Assembly: GCF_009914755.1 (NCBI RefSeq)
Contig: NC_060926.1
DNA length: 64,000 nucleotides
Reading direction: 5' to 3' (one strand)
Source: the human T2T-CHM13v2.0 reference genome, Homo sapiens
This document shows positions 1 through 16,643 of this stretch, piece by piece. The notes below the pieces were generated by a model. It searched no databases. It was not told where the DNA came from and worked only from the letters and a program-made list of their open reading frames with translations. A program made the translations under genes and the position numbers. Numbering within the stretch: position 1 is the first letter of the stretch; each line of letters starts with the position of its first letter.

Positions 1-151
1 TGTGACCATGTCCAGATACTTAAAAAAAAATTTTTGTAGAGACGGTCTCACTATGTTGCCCAAGCTAGTGCTGACCTCCTGTTGTCGAGCAATCCTCCCA
101 CCTTGGCCTTCCAAAGTGCTGGGATTACAGGCACAAACCACTGCACCTGGC
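1..151 (-). mobile_element. Alu left-arm fragment (window edge)
   Basis: tcccaccttggccttccaaagtgctgggattacagg.. Confidence 0.85.
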
Positions 152-768
152 TTATATTTCTTTTGTTAAGACACTACTTGTTGATATATGAAAAACTCAC
201 TATTGGAAGTTATCACAGAAAAATGTTGGCTAAATCCGGGAAACTGTGGCAAAATGTGATGTGCATTCAATTCAAACTCACTTCTGTTTATTCATAGTTA
301 CTCCAGATTTAGTTAGGGAATTATCTCCTTAAAAAAGAAGTGTAAAAAATACAAACTCCTTAAAATGAACTCTAGTTTTCCATGTTTGCTGATTGTTCTT
401 TCCTGTGACAGACGCTCATTTGTTCTAAGTCTCTATGAATTGCTGTCCTCCCAATTTCAAAATGATACTACCGAGCCTGCCTGTTACCTAAGTGGAATAG
501 GAAGGCCAAATAATACTCTTAATAAGAATAATAGTAAAGGTCTGTGGCCAAGAGTCCTTTCTATGCCACACATGGAAAGAAAGGGCTGCCTTCGGATGTG
601 AGCCCTGTGTGGCTGCCTTGATCCTGGCAGTTCCAAGAGATTCATTCTGTTTCTGACCATGTGTCTGTGGTCATTTGCCCAATATTCTAAGCCAAATCGC
701 AGAGACTGACCAGTGGCAGCCAGTCAGCATACAGTAACTGGACAAGCAGAAGGTTTGAAAGTGGACTT

Positions 769-830
769 TGTCACCCAGTAGTTGCCTCAGCCTTCAGTGT
801 CACCCAGTAGTTGCCTCAGCCTTCAGTGTC
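769..830. repeat. Perfect 29-bp tandem duplication
   Basis: tgtcacccagtagttgcctcagccttcag x2 followed by tgtc. Confidence 0.95.
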
Positions 831-1403
831 CACACACATACCCCGGGCTTTGAACCTCAAAGACCTAAGTTTCCATTCTGACTCTGAGACACCTGAGAGT
901 TTTTGTGATCAGAAAACAAGCACATGACCTGCCTACTACCGTGGCTTGCACACAGAAGCTCTTATTATTATCATTTTTATGTCTACCATCAAAATCTGGA
1001 ATGGAAGCAAGAAAGATGCTGATGTTGGCAGAGTGGCTACACAGAGCACCTGCTGTAGGTGAGCCTGACTTCCAACCACCTGGGGCTCCAAGGAGAGACC
1101 GATTGGGGACTGGCAGAACTGCCGGCAGGTGACATTGGTTAAGGGTTTTATACTCTGCCACCAAAATGTCCTTTGGTGATACACCTGGAAATAAAGCCTG
1201 TCTACATTTGAAGTGAATCAGATCACTAGATTCCTTGCTTAGCTTCGTAATAACACTATTTTCCTGGTCTTGCCATCAGACAAGGTGGATTATTAAGATC
1301 TTGAGACCGTTCATGATGTTCTCCTCGCTTTGAGTGATGAACAATCTGATGATTACTGACCTCAGAGCACAAATACTTAGCCAGTGCTTCACACGTTTTC
1401 TGA

Positions 1404-1705
<302 letters not shown>

Positions 1706-1738
1706 TCTGAGTACTCTTTAAAGAAAAATGTCATGAGC

Positions 1739-2079
<341 letters not shown>

Positions 2080-2783
2080 CTATAGTACCTTTTCGATACG
2101 GCTGATCAAAAGCTACCATGAATTCTGCACCTTTCCAAATAAATTTGTATTTTTAAAATTTCAACAGAGTCTGCAGAAATTTGTAAAAGTCTATGTGGGA
2201 GATAGTTATGTAGTCTACAACCAGGGCTCAGCATGCATTGGGATTAGATAATGCTTAGGTTTTGCCTGGTCTGAAACCAGGGGTCAGACCTGCTAGGTCT
2301 GCATCCCAGCAAGGAAGTCAGATCACTGTTCTTCATTCCTTTGTGCTCCCCAGAGCTTTAACCCCACCTCTCCCCGTTTCTGCAGTCTTTCCTGTCCATG
2401 AAACAGAAACCTTCTATTACCTCTGGCCCCTGAGACTTGGCCAAGCTCTCTTGGGGCCTTTCTCCTGGGAGAATTTATCCAATATGGATGACAGTGGCAC
2501 TGATGTCTCTAAGACATGTTGGGGTCCTAACAAGCGACTGATTAGAAGACAAAACAATGAAGTAATGTGGAAAATGGCAGGTTTCCTCCACAGGGCAACA
2601 GTTGGGCCCCTCCCTGGTCTTTCACTCAGACACTGGCTAATGGAGATGTCTCCAGGCGTTCAGACCCCTCGCCCTGCACTACCCACCACTGCTCCTCCAG
2701 CATTGGTAACACCTTCCAGGCTTTGGAATACCAGAGGCTGTTCTTGATGTTGACGTTAAAACCACTAGTACCAACGATCTGTT

Positions 2784-3088
2784 TTGGGTTTTTTATTTTG
2801 TTTTGAGAGGGAGTTTCACTCTTGTCGCCCACGCTGAAGCAGAGTGGCGCAATCTTGGTTCACTACAACCTCCACCTCCCAGGTTCAAGCGATTCTCCTG
2901 CCTCAGCCTTCAGAGTAGCTGGGATTTACAGGCGCCCGCCACCACACCCAGCTAATTTTTGTATTTTTAGTAGAGATGGGGTTTCACCATGTTAGCCAGG
3001 CTGGTCTCAAACTCCTGAGCTCAAGTGATCCACCTGCCTCGGCCTCCCAAAGTGCTGGGATTACAGGCCTGAGCCACCGCACCCGGCC
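2784..3088 (-). mobile_element. Alu (AluS)
   Basis: Full dimer, TSD caacgatctgtt. Confidence 0.9.
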
Positions 3089-3278
3089 TCAACGATCTGT
3101 TAAACATACCACCTCATCAACTGGATGATTTCTAAAGAAAAGTCCTCCCCAATGAAAAGGTGACCCCTCCCTTATTTCCATTGCCTCCACCCCCCAACCT
3201 TGAAGAGTGGCCTATAGGGATAGGAACTTGTAATATGGGACTTGAGTAAGTCAGACTGTCTGCTAAAATGGTCTACAC

Positions 3279-3800
<522 letters not shown>

Positions 3801-4888
3801 GTCTAGACCATCATAAGCCCCCTGGTTACCATTTGAAGTGAGTTCACAAGCGGTCTTAGGAGGATGTTCAGGTATTTTTTAATCAGTCTCATCATTCTTT
3901 CAAGTCTCTGGAGCATAATTTAAACCCTGGAAACTCTAATTTACTAAATGGCGAACTGAAGTCATTGAAAGGCATCCTGAGTCCTTTCTTCTAAGAACGA
4001 TGCATGAGGGGCCTGGGTCGGTGAGTGTAGCAGAAACCTAGCCCGGCTGTGTAACACTGAAAAACGCTGTGTACTTCAGTATTTATTCATTTGATTTTTT
4101 TTCCTCTCATTGAAGATAAGACATGTCAAAAATGTTCTTTTGGAGGAAAGTGGTAACTGTTTAGGCCTGCCAGGGTTATAATCACAAACACGCCCTTCAT
4201 TTTTGTTTCACTCACATGACTTTTTCAAAAGTCTTCCCTGAGAAATATGCTTTGAAACTTAAAAAGAGAAAAATGTACTCTGTTATATAACAGTTATTCA
4301 CCTTGTAAAACTAAAGGTCCTAGAACTGGTTTCAATTATTTTTCTATTTAAGAAGATCTGCAACCCCATGAGTTTCTCAGTCCCAAGGGCTGAGGATATT
4401 TTTCTTTCCCTTTTTTCCTGCTTCGACTTAAATAGCTGGAAGTGAATTTCACAATGCGGAATGCATTGCTAAAGCTAAAAACTCCTAAGCTTTAAATTAG
4501 GAAACATCCCATCCTGGATCTAGGGAGAGAAAGCTTTTCCTCCCCTGGCAAGGCCCAGGAGCTTTTGGATGTACATGGAAGCAGGGTCCAACCAACGGGT
4601 CCCCGCGGGGCAGACCGGATGGCTTTCCGCGGGAAGGGTGACAACGGGGAAGTCACAGATGGGAAGCCCGGCCCCATCGCCGATTCGGGCCCGGGGCTTT
4701 TACGCGTGTGCGTGCATGGCAGGTCCCTCCGCGCTGCGGCGGGCGAGCATCAGAAAGCGCTGGGCCTGGGGCCGCTCCTCACACCCGGCTTTGACCCGGC
4801 GTCCCGAGGGCAGCCGTAGCGGGAACCACGCTTCCCCTCCCCGGCCCCACCTCCTCCATCCCAGCGTCCCAGGCGCCTGGCGGCTCAC

Positions 4889-4962
4889 CACTGGATGACG
4901 CCGCTGTGCGGGCCCCGGCTACCCTCGCCGCTCGACGGCGAGGCCGGCACCCCCTCGGCCAT
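4889..4962 (-). CDS. RFX8: First coding exon of regulatory factor X8 (long isoform), 24 codons + 2 nt, phase-2 donor
   Basis: Minus strand reads gagccATGg (strong Kozak), then MAEGVPASPSSGEGSRGPHSGVIQ-TG|GTGAGC donor (ctcac at 4884-4888). It sits inside the CpG island. The peptide matches my recollection of the RFX8 N-terminus. Downstream exons are not seen in this window. Confidence 0.85.
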
Positions 4963-5322
4963 GGCTCGGCCCCGGGCCTGCAGCACCGAGGCAGGCAGCG
5001 AGCGGCGGCCGTGGGCGGCGCTGGGTTGCACCGGTCCTGCTACCGCCGCTCCTCGGTGTTTACTTTAGAAAGGAGCGCGCGGGGGGCGCGCGGGGCGCGG
5101 GGCGGGAGCCCAGTCCTCCAGGCCCGAGCCCGGGGGCGCGGAAGGCGCGCGGCGAGTACGGGAGGCCACAGCTCCCCAACCCCCGCGCCCCGCCGAGGAT
5201 GCGCGGACCCCGCCCTGCATCCTGCGGTGTGGGCTGGAGCTGCCTCCCGCTCTCACCCAGCGCCCTTCCCACCGGCGTAGCAACCAGTCAAACAGGGACG
5301 CGAACAACAAGCACCAACTTAC

Positions 5323-5400
5323 ACCTTTTCCAATCTGGTCGCGGTGTTGAGTCCGTGGGTGTCCTTGACTTGCTTGAGCGTTGGAGTTATTCAGGCAGTT
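5323..5400 (-). other. RFX8: Candidate alternative, non-coding first exon of RFX8
   Basis: Strong donor GGT|GTAAGT on the minus strand (acttac 5317-5322). In the frame needed for a phase-2 junction there is an upstream TGA and no ATG after it, so it would be 5'UTR. The 5' boundary is a guess. Confidence 0.5.
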
Positions 5401-5964
5401 TTCAAAAATATTGATACCCCGGCTGCCGCTCCCCATCCCAGCCCTGCCCCACCCCACCCCAAGAGGTTCTGATGAATTGGTCTGGGCGAGGGCCGCCTGG
5501 GCCAACCGGCTTTTTCAGGGTCCCGGGTGATGCTAATGTGCCCGCCGTTGCTGAAAACCACTGTCTCTAGGAGTTTTGAAAAATCTCGGAGCTCTCTGGC
5601 AGGCGGGCGCATCTGGACTTCTAGGAGGCTGGTCCCAGGTGACTCCAGTGTGCTGCTCCAGGTGAGCAGTGCCACCTCAACGTGAGTCCCCATATCTGTA
5701 GCCAGGTCCTGCCAGTCCTTGCTCTCAAGAGCCATTTATGTCAGTGTCATTGCTGTGTGACATGGAGCTGCTGGCCATCTCCAAGTTCACTTCCTTTGTG
5801 GGGAACTGTGTGGGTTGTTGTGAGTATTAAGCGACATTCACTTGCAAGGCTGTGTTGTAGTCAGAGCTCAGTCATGCAGCCGTTACTGTGGCTGCTAACC
5901 GCTTCAGAGTCTCCGGGTAAGGATTTCTCAATCTAGATCAAAAACACATTTGCCGACTTGACAG

Positions 5965-7110
<1,146 letters not shown>

Positions 7111-10100
7111 AAAAGTCTGCCCCCAAAACATATGCACACACACACACACACGTTTGAGAACCACTTCTGGAAGCAGGAAAGACATCGATTCAACAAAGGA
7201 AACAACTGCCGACTGCCTCCCACGTGCCAGCCCTGGAAGGTAGTTGCTGGGGCCCACCAGAGATCTCCATGGCCAGCATCCTCCCTTCCACAGGGACACC
7301 ATCACCAGGGTGAAGCTCCAAGGTCAGTTCCAGAGAGATAGCAGGACATTCAGAACCTGGACCCTGAAGTTCAACCAGGTCACTGGAGCTGACCCGGGAT
7401 GGCATCTGACTCTCCTTTGGGGCACTGCCCCATGAATCAGCCTGGTCCTGAAGCCTGGGGCATTTGGAGTGTAGGGGTAGGATAGGCAAGGGAGTGGGAA
7501 TGACGTAATCAATAAGTGAATGGGGCCACTGTTAGTCCTATTTATCTTCTCAGCTGAGTTTCCTTGCTCAGGGCCGGCTGCTTTAAAACGCCACCCAGTA
7601 GAGGACAGTTCACTCCACATCATCCTCTCTCAACCTCACCTCATGTATTAAGAGCATCCATATCAGGATGGGAGGCCAAGTATATGAGTAACAAACAGAG
7701 TCAGGAGACTGCTGAATGGCAACCACGATGAAGAACCCACAGGAAAAAAGAAGATGAAGCAATGAGGTGAGGCGATATGGCAGAGCTCTCCAAGGCCTCA
7801 CTCTGCAGGTCAGCCTGTCTCTAGGAGAGGTAACACATCCCTTTGGACTCGGAGGGGGAGCCCCGTGAGGTTCCTTCATCTGATTTGCTTTGCCCTGAGT
7901 GCTAAGTCCTGTACTCTTGCAGTGGGACAGGCAGGTCCTTGTCAATGGCTGGGGGAAACATGGTTCCTTCCCCTTCTCATACTGGTCCTACAGCAGCTCC
8001 TTCCACCCAGGAAACTTCCCAAGATGCCTGCTTATGTCCACAGAGACTGGAAATAACCAAGGGAAGAGTCTGCTGTTATTTAGGGCCTTATTATGTCACT
8101 GCTGGTGCCATAATATTTGCACATTTACTGAGCGTCAACCAGTACCAGGCACTGGAACAGACCTTGGAAATACGATGGGGACACCATGACCATCTGGTTG
8201 ACCAGTGGTCTCTTTGCTAGCTATTGCATTGAATGTTAGATGCTATGAAAAGCAAACATCTTCTTATCTTGGCTCAGAGCTCTTGAGGCTTGTTGATTAG
8301 AAGACTTTAGAAATGAGGCCATGTGATCAATTTTACACCCTCCACCCAGAGGGCCTATTAATTTCATCTATTACAGGTGACAGCTGGTGTCCCTAGTTTG
8401 ACCAGCCATCTTATAGATCAGACTCTGAGTAGTTTTGTGCTAACACAGCGACACTCTCCGAAGATTTATTCCCAGTGTATGCCTTTCTAATGTGCTAAAT
8501 ATGCAAAGGACATTTACCTCTGCACACAACTCCATTACTAGCAGCATAATTAAGGCTTTCAGTTGAGTTGACCACATAGCCACATAATTTGCTCAGTAGA
8601 AATTAGGTATAAAATCCATTTTCTTTTCAAAGAATGTTTAACTGGAAGTGACATCACAAAAAACTTCATTCTGTGGCGTTCACTGAGAAGACTGCTAGAC
8701 CCATGCATGTGCTGTCTTGTACCTGAAAATCTAGTCTCTCTCTAACTCCAGGTTGAGTATCTTTGCTCTAATATCTAAACCGTGACAAGGAAAATAAATT
8801 CTAAGGTTTATATCAAGTAGAATTCCAGTTTCTTATGTCACATTTTATGTACACAAAGCTGGAGAACCACATCTCTTCTATCTAAACAGTAACTTATTTT
8901 ACCTACTTCCATCTAATTGGTTTCTAGCTTATCTAATTAGTCTCATTTCACCTTCTAAAAGGGCACCAGCTGTGTCTTCTCCTTGCACAAAACCATTTCT
9001 GATCTAGGGTGCTTAATTTCATTCAGTTCTTGCAATTATTCACTTTCTGTGGATGTACCCAGGTGTCTTCAGGCAATAGATGTATTTTTAAATAAAGCTA
9101 ATGAGCATAGTGGATTTGGTCCAGAATGCACAATGTAGCTGCATCTGCACAGACAGAGCATTACAGAGAACAGACAACTGCATGTTCCATTTAGCCTGGA
9201 AGAGACTCCTTAAGATCCCTGGGCTCTAAACCAGCAAGCTATGGAGACTTTCAAACTATACTAGAGCAAAACAGTCTCATTGGAGAGATTCCAAATCACT
9301 ATCATATGTTGCAATTTTCCTTGGTCTACACTCACCTTTTGAATATCTGGCTTTTACCCCAGTTGAAATCAATGGGAACATTGCATTCAGGAGAATGTAT
9401 GTAATGAGAAAACCTAACTCCAAATATAAAACACTTCTCTGCCATTTCTTTATCTAAAATCCATGATTCAGAGGACCATGACGATATCCCATTGCTATAG
9501 ATGTTTTTTCCCCAATGCGGTGTTCCTGTTTCCCTTTTTGCAGAGAGGTGCTGGCCACATAAGGTATAACAAATAGCAATATCTGCAGAGGAACTCTGAG
9601 AATGTGTGGAATGAAAAGAAACAGCCTTCATTACAAGTCACAGAGTGCTTGTAAATTGTAATTTGCAAAGTAATGCATTTGAATTCTTTTGTTACATTAA
9701 AAGTGGGACTTTTCTGGAAGTCTCATAGAAAACCAAGCAAAAACAAAATGAAAAGTGGTTTCCTTTTCTGCAGATGATTAGTAGGAATTTAATAAGTCAT
9801 CTTATTAAAGCCATCATGGAAGCAAGGCAGACACTTTTCCAAATCATAATTATGAGCAAAATCATACATCTTACCCCAATTTATTAAATAATTTTCCAAA
9901 AGAATGAGAAAAGGCACACTAAGTCAATTACTTTGGATTTGTGTAAATACTATTTTAAAGCTTTTTACAAGCATGAAATAATTATTTTTGAAAAGCAGTT
10001 TTAAACGATAGCATTAGCTGATTTTGGGTGTGATAAACCTTCATCTGTCCTCATGGTTCATATTATTCTTTGGTAGAAATGTACTGGAACAGCTGCCTGC

Positions 10101-10833
10101 TCCCTGCTGTTCTGCATGGAATTATTTCCTGGTACTATCCCCACCGTGAAACGAATTTCACTACAGCATCTCCAGACAAAGTACGTGTTTGACACATCTT
10201 TCTAAAGGACAGCAGACTGCCTTTCAATTGGTCATATGACGCTCCTTCTGCTAATTACCCATTGGAATTCCCCAGCAGAGAGAAGCAGGAAAGATGCTTT
10301 ACAAAGAGCATCTGCCTGTGAGCTTTGCTGGAGAACAAAGGTAAACACATCCCAATAGATGTGTAAAGATTGTTAAAGCTCACTTTATGAAACAAAGCCT
10401 GGCTTTAAAAACCACTAATCTTAAGACCCCGCAAAGCCAGTCTAAGATGCAAATAGTTGTCAAGATGGTCTTTTGCAAATATTATTTTCACGTTATCGCT
10501 GTGCCGGAACCGTAAACACTTACCCAGTGCCTCTCAGCGCATCTGTGTGGAGGTGAACTGAGAGGCAGGGACCTCTCCCACCTGCCTCTGCTTGTTCCTC
10601 AACCAGGCCACTCCATTTAATAATGTCTTAGAACCTTGCACAGGAAGCAGGCAAGGCGAGAGATGCTGAAGAGAGAGGCCACAGGCACCCGAGTCGGAAG
10701 AGCTGGAGGGCGCAGACCCATGAGAATTTCCTGCCTCTCATGTGGTCCAGGAGCTCCTCTGTGTCCTCCGACAAATTACCTTTTCCCTTGAGCCATTTAG
10801 AGCAGGTTTCTTTTTCTTATCACAAGTTCATGA

Positions 10834-11142
<309 letters not shown>

Positions 11143-12016
11143 CAAGTTCATGAGTTTCTAATACCTGTCATTTGTCTTCTCGGTAAGGATCTGGGAGAAG
11201 GAGGTGGTTCCCACACCCTTCCAGAGGTGACCATTTTGAAGGACACTTGGTGCCCCATGGCTAAGCTAAGGGGGAGCTGGAGTTGAGTCATTCACTGGAC
11301 AGATATTTAGGGAGAACCCACATGAGCCTCTTGTGTGCTAGGGGCTGGGGAGACCTCAGGAAGGATACGTTGCAGTGGTCCCTGCCCTCGGGGTATCCAC
11401 GGTAATCACCATCTCTAACAAAGACACAAGAGTGAAAGTAGGGCTACCCCCAAAACTTCTGTCCAGCAGAACCCATTAGACAGTAGTTGGAGGTCTGGCT
11501 GGGGACCTTGTTAACACGGTCATGCAGCTGAGGACCACCGCATGGGCCCCTTGGCAGGGATCACAGGAGTCACAGCCAGACCACGGGGCCCACAGAGCCC
11601 ACGGGAGGAAGCAGAAACAAGTCCCTCAGGGAGAGTGACTCAGGTGCAGCCACACATTGGCCGTGGCTGCCGTCAGTGTGACTAGCACCCAGAGGACAAG
11701 GGCACTGCCTTAGAGTCCATGGTCCTGCGATGAGGAGGGACCCGTATGGGTGGGGCCTGCCTGCCACTTTTAGCTGCTGCTGCTAGCTCTCTTTCCCACT
11801 GTGAAGAATGCTCTGGCTTGAGCCATGAGTTACAGCATCCTCCCACCAGGTGAGCCACCCCTCTTCCCCATAGGCCCTGGGGCCATCTTGGAGAAAGCCA
11901 GAGAAGAAAATAAACTGAGAGATAAGTCATGTTTACCTGAGGAGACTAGGCATGATCTCAGAGGCCTGACTGAGTCCGTGACAGTGGGCTAAGTCTAAGA
12001 TCAGACCAAAACTTAG

Positions 12017-12392
<376 letters not shown>

Positions 12393-12645
12393 CCTGCTTA
12401 AGATCTTATGCGTGAGTTCGTGAATCCAGTAGAGTGGACTCATTTCACAGGGAGGAAAAGGAGACTTGCAGGGAATTGAAGACACTTGAAGTGAGTTTGC
12501 ACAAGGTTGTGTAGCCAATGAGTGACAGAGCACATAGGGCCACGGATTTAACCGTTCTGCCTGGGGGACCTCTGAGGGGCCGTTTCCTGGATTGTAAAGT
12601 GCCTCCTGCAGAGTGTAGCTGTGAGAACTAAAAGAAAGCAAGCTG

Positions 12646-12960
<315 letters not shown>

Positions 12961-13109
12961 AAAAGAAAGCATGCTGATAAAGCTTTTATCCTGGCACGTC
13001 GTAAGTGCTCAATAAACTTTTGACTGTTGCCTATTTGACAGTTTCCCTTGCAGAGAAATACTTAAAATGATTTCAGTTATTTCAAAATTGTTGGTGTAGT
13101 AATAGTATT

Positions 13110-13345
13110 ATGGTTATATATTTAAAGAGAATTTGTATCCCTTTTAGAGATACACCTTGAAATATTTATAGATGAAATAAAATGATGTCTGAGATTTTCT
13201 TCAAAATAACCCAGCTGGCAGGAGTGGGGGATTGGGGGAGCAGGTGAGCCAAAGTTGGCAGGTCCAACGCTTGCCGAGACAGGGAGCTCATCGCACTCTG
13301 CTCTCCACTTTTGTGTGTGTTTGAAATAGTCCATAAGAAAAAGTT
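13110..13345 (+). mobile_element. Old L1M 3'UTR fragment
   Basis: gaaatatttatagatgaaataaaatgatgtctgagatt..ttcaaaataacccag, ending ..tttgaaatagtccataagaaaaagtttt. Confidence 0.55.
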
Positions 13346-13574
13346 TTTATGTGTACATTTGAAGCTGTGTCCTGGGGGAGGATGCACATAAGACATTTAT
13401 ACTCACACACCGTAGTTTCAGACTTGCCTAAAAGCCTTTTTCAACATGCAGAGCACTCAAACACAGTATGTGATTAACAGTATAATTAGCACTAGGTTTA
13501 TGTTTTGTTTTTTAAAATCAGTACGGCATTGTTAGCACTGTGGTTTAGTGTTCTGCAGAATACTCCTGCAACTT

Positions 13575-13764
13575 TAGCTGGGCATAGTGGCATGTGCCTG
13601 TAGTCCCAGCCACTATGGAGGCTGAGGTGGGAGGATGGCTTGAGCCTGGGAGGCAGAGATTGCAGGGAGGCAGATGTTGCAGTGAGCCAAGATTGCACCA
13701 CTGCACTCCAGCCTGGGCAATAGAGCCAGACCTTGTCTCAAAAAAAAAAAAAAAAAGAAAAAAA
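13575..13764 (+). mobile_element. Alu right monomer with internal 17-bp duplication
   Basis: gggaggcagagattgca / gggaggcagatgttgca at 13648-13681, then poly(A). Confidence 0.85.
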
Positions 13765-13788
13765 TGTTTCTTTCTTAAAAACTCCCAG

Positions 13789-14096
13789 GGCCAGGCAAAG
13801 GTGGCTCACGCCTGCAATCCCAGCACTTTGGGAGGCCGAGGTGGGCAGATCACTTGAGCCCAGGCATTTGAGACCACCCTGGCCAACATGGCGAAACCCT
13901 GTCTCCACTAAAAATATAAAAATTAGCTGGGCATGATGGCGCATGCCTGTAGTCCCAGCTAGTCGGGAGACTGAGGTTCAGGGGATCACTTGAGCCTGGG
14001 AGGCAGAGGTTGCAGTGAGCTGAGATTACGCCACTGCACTCCAGCCTGGGCAACGGAGCGAGACTCTGTCTCAAAAACAACAACAACAAAAAAAAC
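13789..14096 (+). mobile_element. Alu (AluJ/S)
   Basis: Full dimer. Confidence 0.9.
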
Positions 14097-14449
14097 CCAG
14101 AAAGAAACTCCCAAATATTATACCTCTGTCTTGGTGATTCACAGACAAATTATTATATTAAAGAACCTGAGAGAGATCCTGTAGTAAATAAGGTTGTTTA
14201 ACTTTATTTAACTTAGTATTTCCAAGTTTAATTGTCTATAGAAGCCCACCACCCCCCCATGTGCTTTTTTTTAATAACATTGTTTATTGCTTATAAACAT
14301 CTTGAAGGATACTAAGGGTCCATGGTTCCCAGTTTGAGAAACACTGGTATGAGCTACATCATAGAATCAGACTTTGTGGGCTGTTCTGGGAGTTTAGGCT
14401 GTTGTTAAACAGGGTTTCTAGAGGTTTGACAAAAAGAAAATTTAGTGCC

Positions 14450-14835
14450 AGCTATGTGCCTGAATGTGTCCCCTCCAAAATTCATGTTGGAACTTAATCG
14501 CCATTGTGGTAGTATTAAGAGGTGTGGCCTTCTGGAAAGTGATTAAGTCATGAGGGCCGTGCCCTCATGAATGGATTAGTGCCCTGTAAAGGTGCTGCAG
14601 TGAACTAGCTGAGGCCCTTTTTCCCTTCCACCTTCTGTCCCTTATGCCATGTGAGGACGCAGCATTCAAGGGACTATCTTGGAAGCAGAGACTGGGGCCC
14701 TCATCAGACACAAAACCTGCCAGCAGCTTGATCTTGGACATCCCAGCCTCCGGAACTTTGAGAAATAAATTTCTATTACTGATTAATTACCCAGTCTCAG
14801 GTAGTTTGTTATAGCAGCAGAAACAGGTCAAGACA
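14450..14835 (+). mobile_element. MaLR solo LTR (MST family)
   Basis: gctatg..tgaatgtgtcccctccaaaattcatgttg..aataaatttc..ttatagcagc..aagaca. 5-bp TSD gtgcc. Confidence 0.85.
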
Positions 14836-15101
14836 GTGCCTTTGTCTCATGCTCCCCTTGTCCACTCTCCTTCCCCCTTCTCCTTCCCTAGCGGCTCCCA
14901 CCCACACCTGCCATACACCTTGAGGAGAGAAAAGGGCAGGCAGCCTGGTGAGTATGACTTGCTCACCTCCCCACAGGAGCAGCGTGTCTGGCTATGGGTA
15001 TAGAAACATTTCTGGCTACAGGGGCTCAGGGTGAAGGCTCAGCCCTGCCCTTTCCTCTCCACAATTGTCAGATGTGACTTAAGACAGGTATTCCTAAATT
15101 A

Positions 15102-15516
<415 letters not shown>

Positions 15517-16029
15517 TCAGCATTTTGAAATGATGCAAATACATTGCTTCTGGTTTTCCTTTTAGCTAGCACTTGAACTCAGGCGTTAGTGCATTGAAAA
15601 GGACTATGAAACCTGAAAGTTAGGATTTCCTTGCTCCAGAAGCTTTATTTTAAAAAACCAGAAGAGTGTGATTATAACTGAGAGTCATAGAATATTGATT
15701 CACAAAGACTTTTTTATTTATCTGCCCACCTCACAACTGGCCACATCCCCTTCCCTCCCCGTCTGCAGCTCAGCCAAATGCCCCCCATCTTCCTCTTCAT
15801 TCTCCAAGCTGGCTTTCCCCTGTCAATGGTCCCCAGAAGCTCTGGGATTTAGGAGCCCTCTGCTCACTCCCTTCCATTCCTATCTATTTCTCTATTCTTT
15901 CCTTTCTATTTCTCCTCCTCTCCTCATGTGGAGGGTTGGGAAGAGTTACTAACCTTGTAGGGATGATGCAGATTAGGGTGATAATGATGCTAATACTAAA
16001 CACTGATACAAGTGTTATTAGCATTCCAT

Positions 16030-16165
16030 CACATATGCTCACAAAACTCATAAAACACTGCTATGGTCATAAACCTATGGAATCGATATTTTTTATTGTT
16101 TTATAGATAAAGAAATGGAGCCCTCGAGAAGTTAAGCAGTTTGCCCAAGATCATACAGCTGCAAT
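16030..16165 (-). mobile_element. MIR fragment
   Basis: ttttatagataaagaaatggag..gaagttaagcagtttgcccaagatcatacagct (MIR core). Confidence 0.6.
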
Positions 16166-16314
16166 TTGTATTGCAACAAAATTTGTGACCTGCCTAAATT
16201 TTCACCATCATTCATATTTCTGTCACACTCTGGATCCTCCATCTACCAAAAATGAATATAGTGACATGGCCACGCACCTGAGGAATCCTTTTACTTCCCA
16301 CAGGTATGGGGCTA

Positions 16315-16643
<329 letters not shown>

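Larger units (their letters stand above)
4550..5550. promoter_or_regulatory. CpG island / RFX8 promoter
   Basis: Very high GC and dense undepleted CpG (GC boxes, GGGGCGGG at ~5099-5106) against CpG-poor flanks. It surrounds the first exon. Confidence 0.9.

Noticed and set aside
160-1260. Possible ERV/LTR-derived sequence (AATAAA at ~1189)
   Set aside because: I could not match it to any family or define termini or a TSD by eye.
4961-5068. Plus-strand Kozak ATG (MARPRACS..., 35 codons) overlapping the RFX8 ATG
   Set aside because: An automatic consequence of the palindrome GCCATGGC. There is no other coding evidence.
5273-5290. TAGCAAC as an autoregulatory RFX X-box
   Set aside because: Only a half-site. 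The other half of the palindrome is not evident.
4492-5735. Several Arg/Gly/Ala/Pro-rich ORFs across the CpG island
   Set aside because: Stop-poor GC-rich DNA. The only supported coding piece is the 74-nt spliced exon, which is too short for the ORF track.
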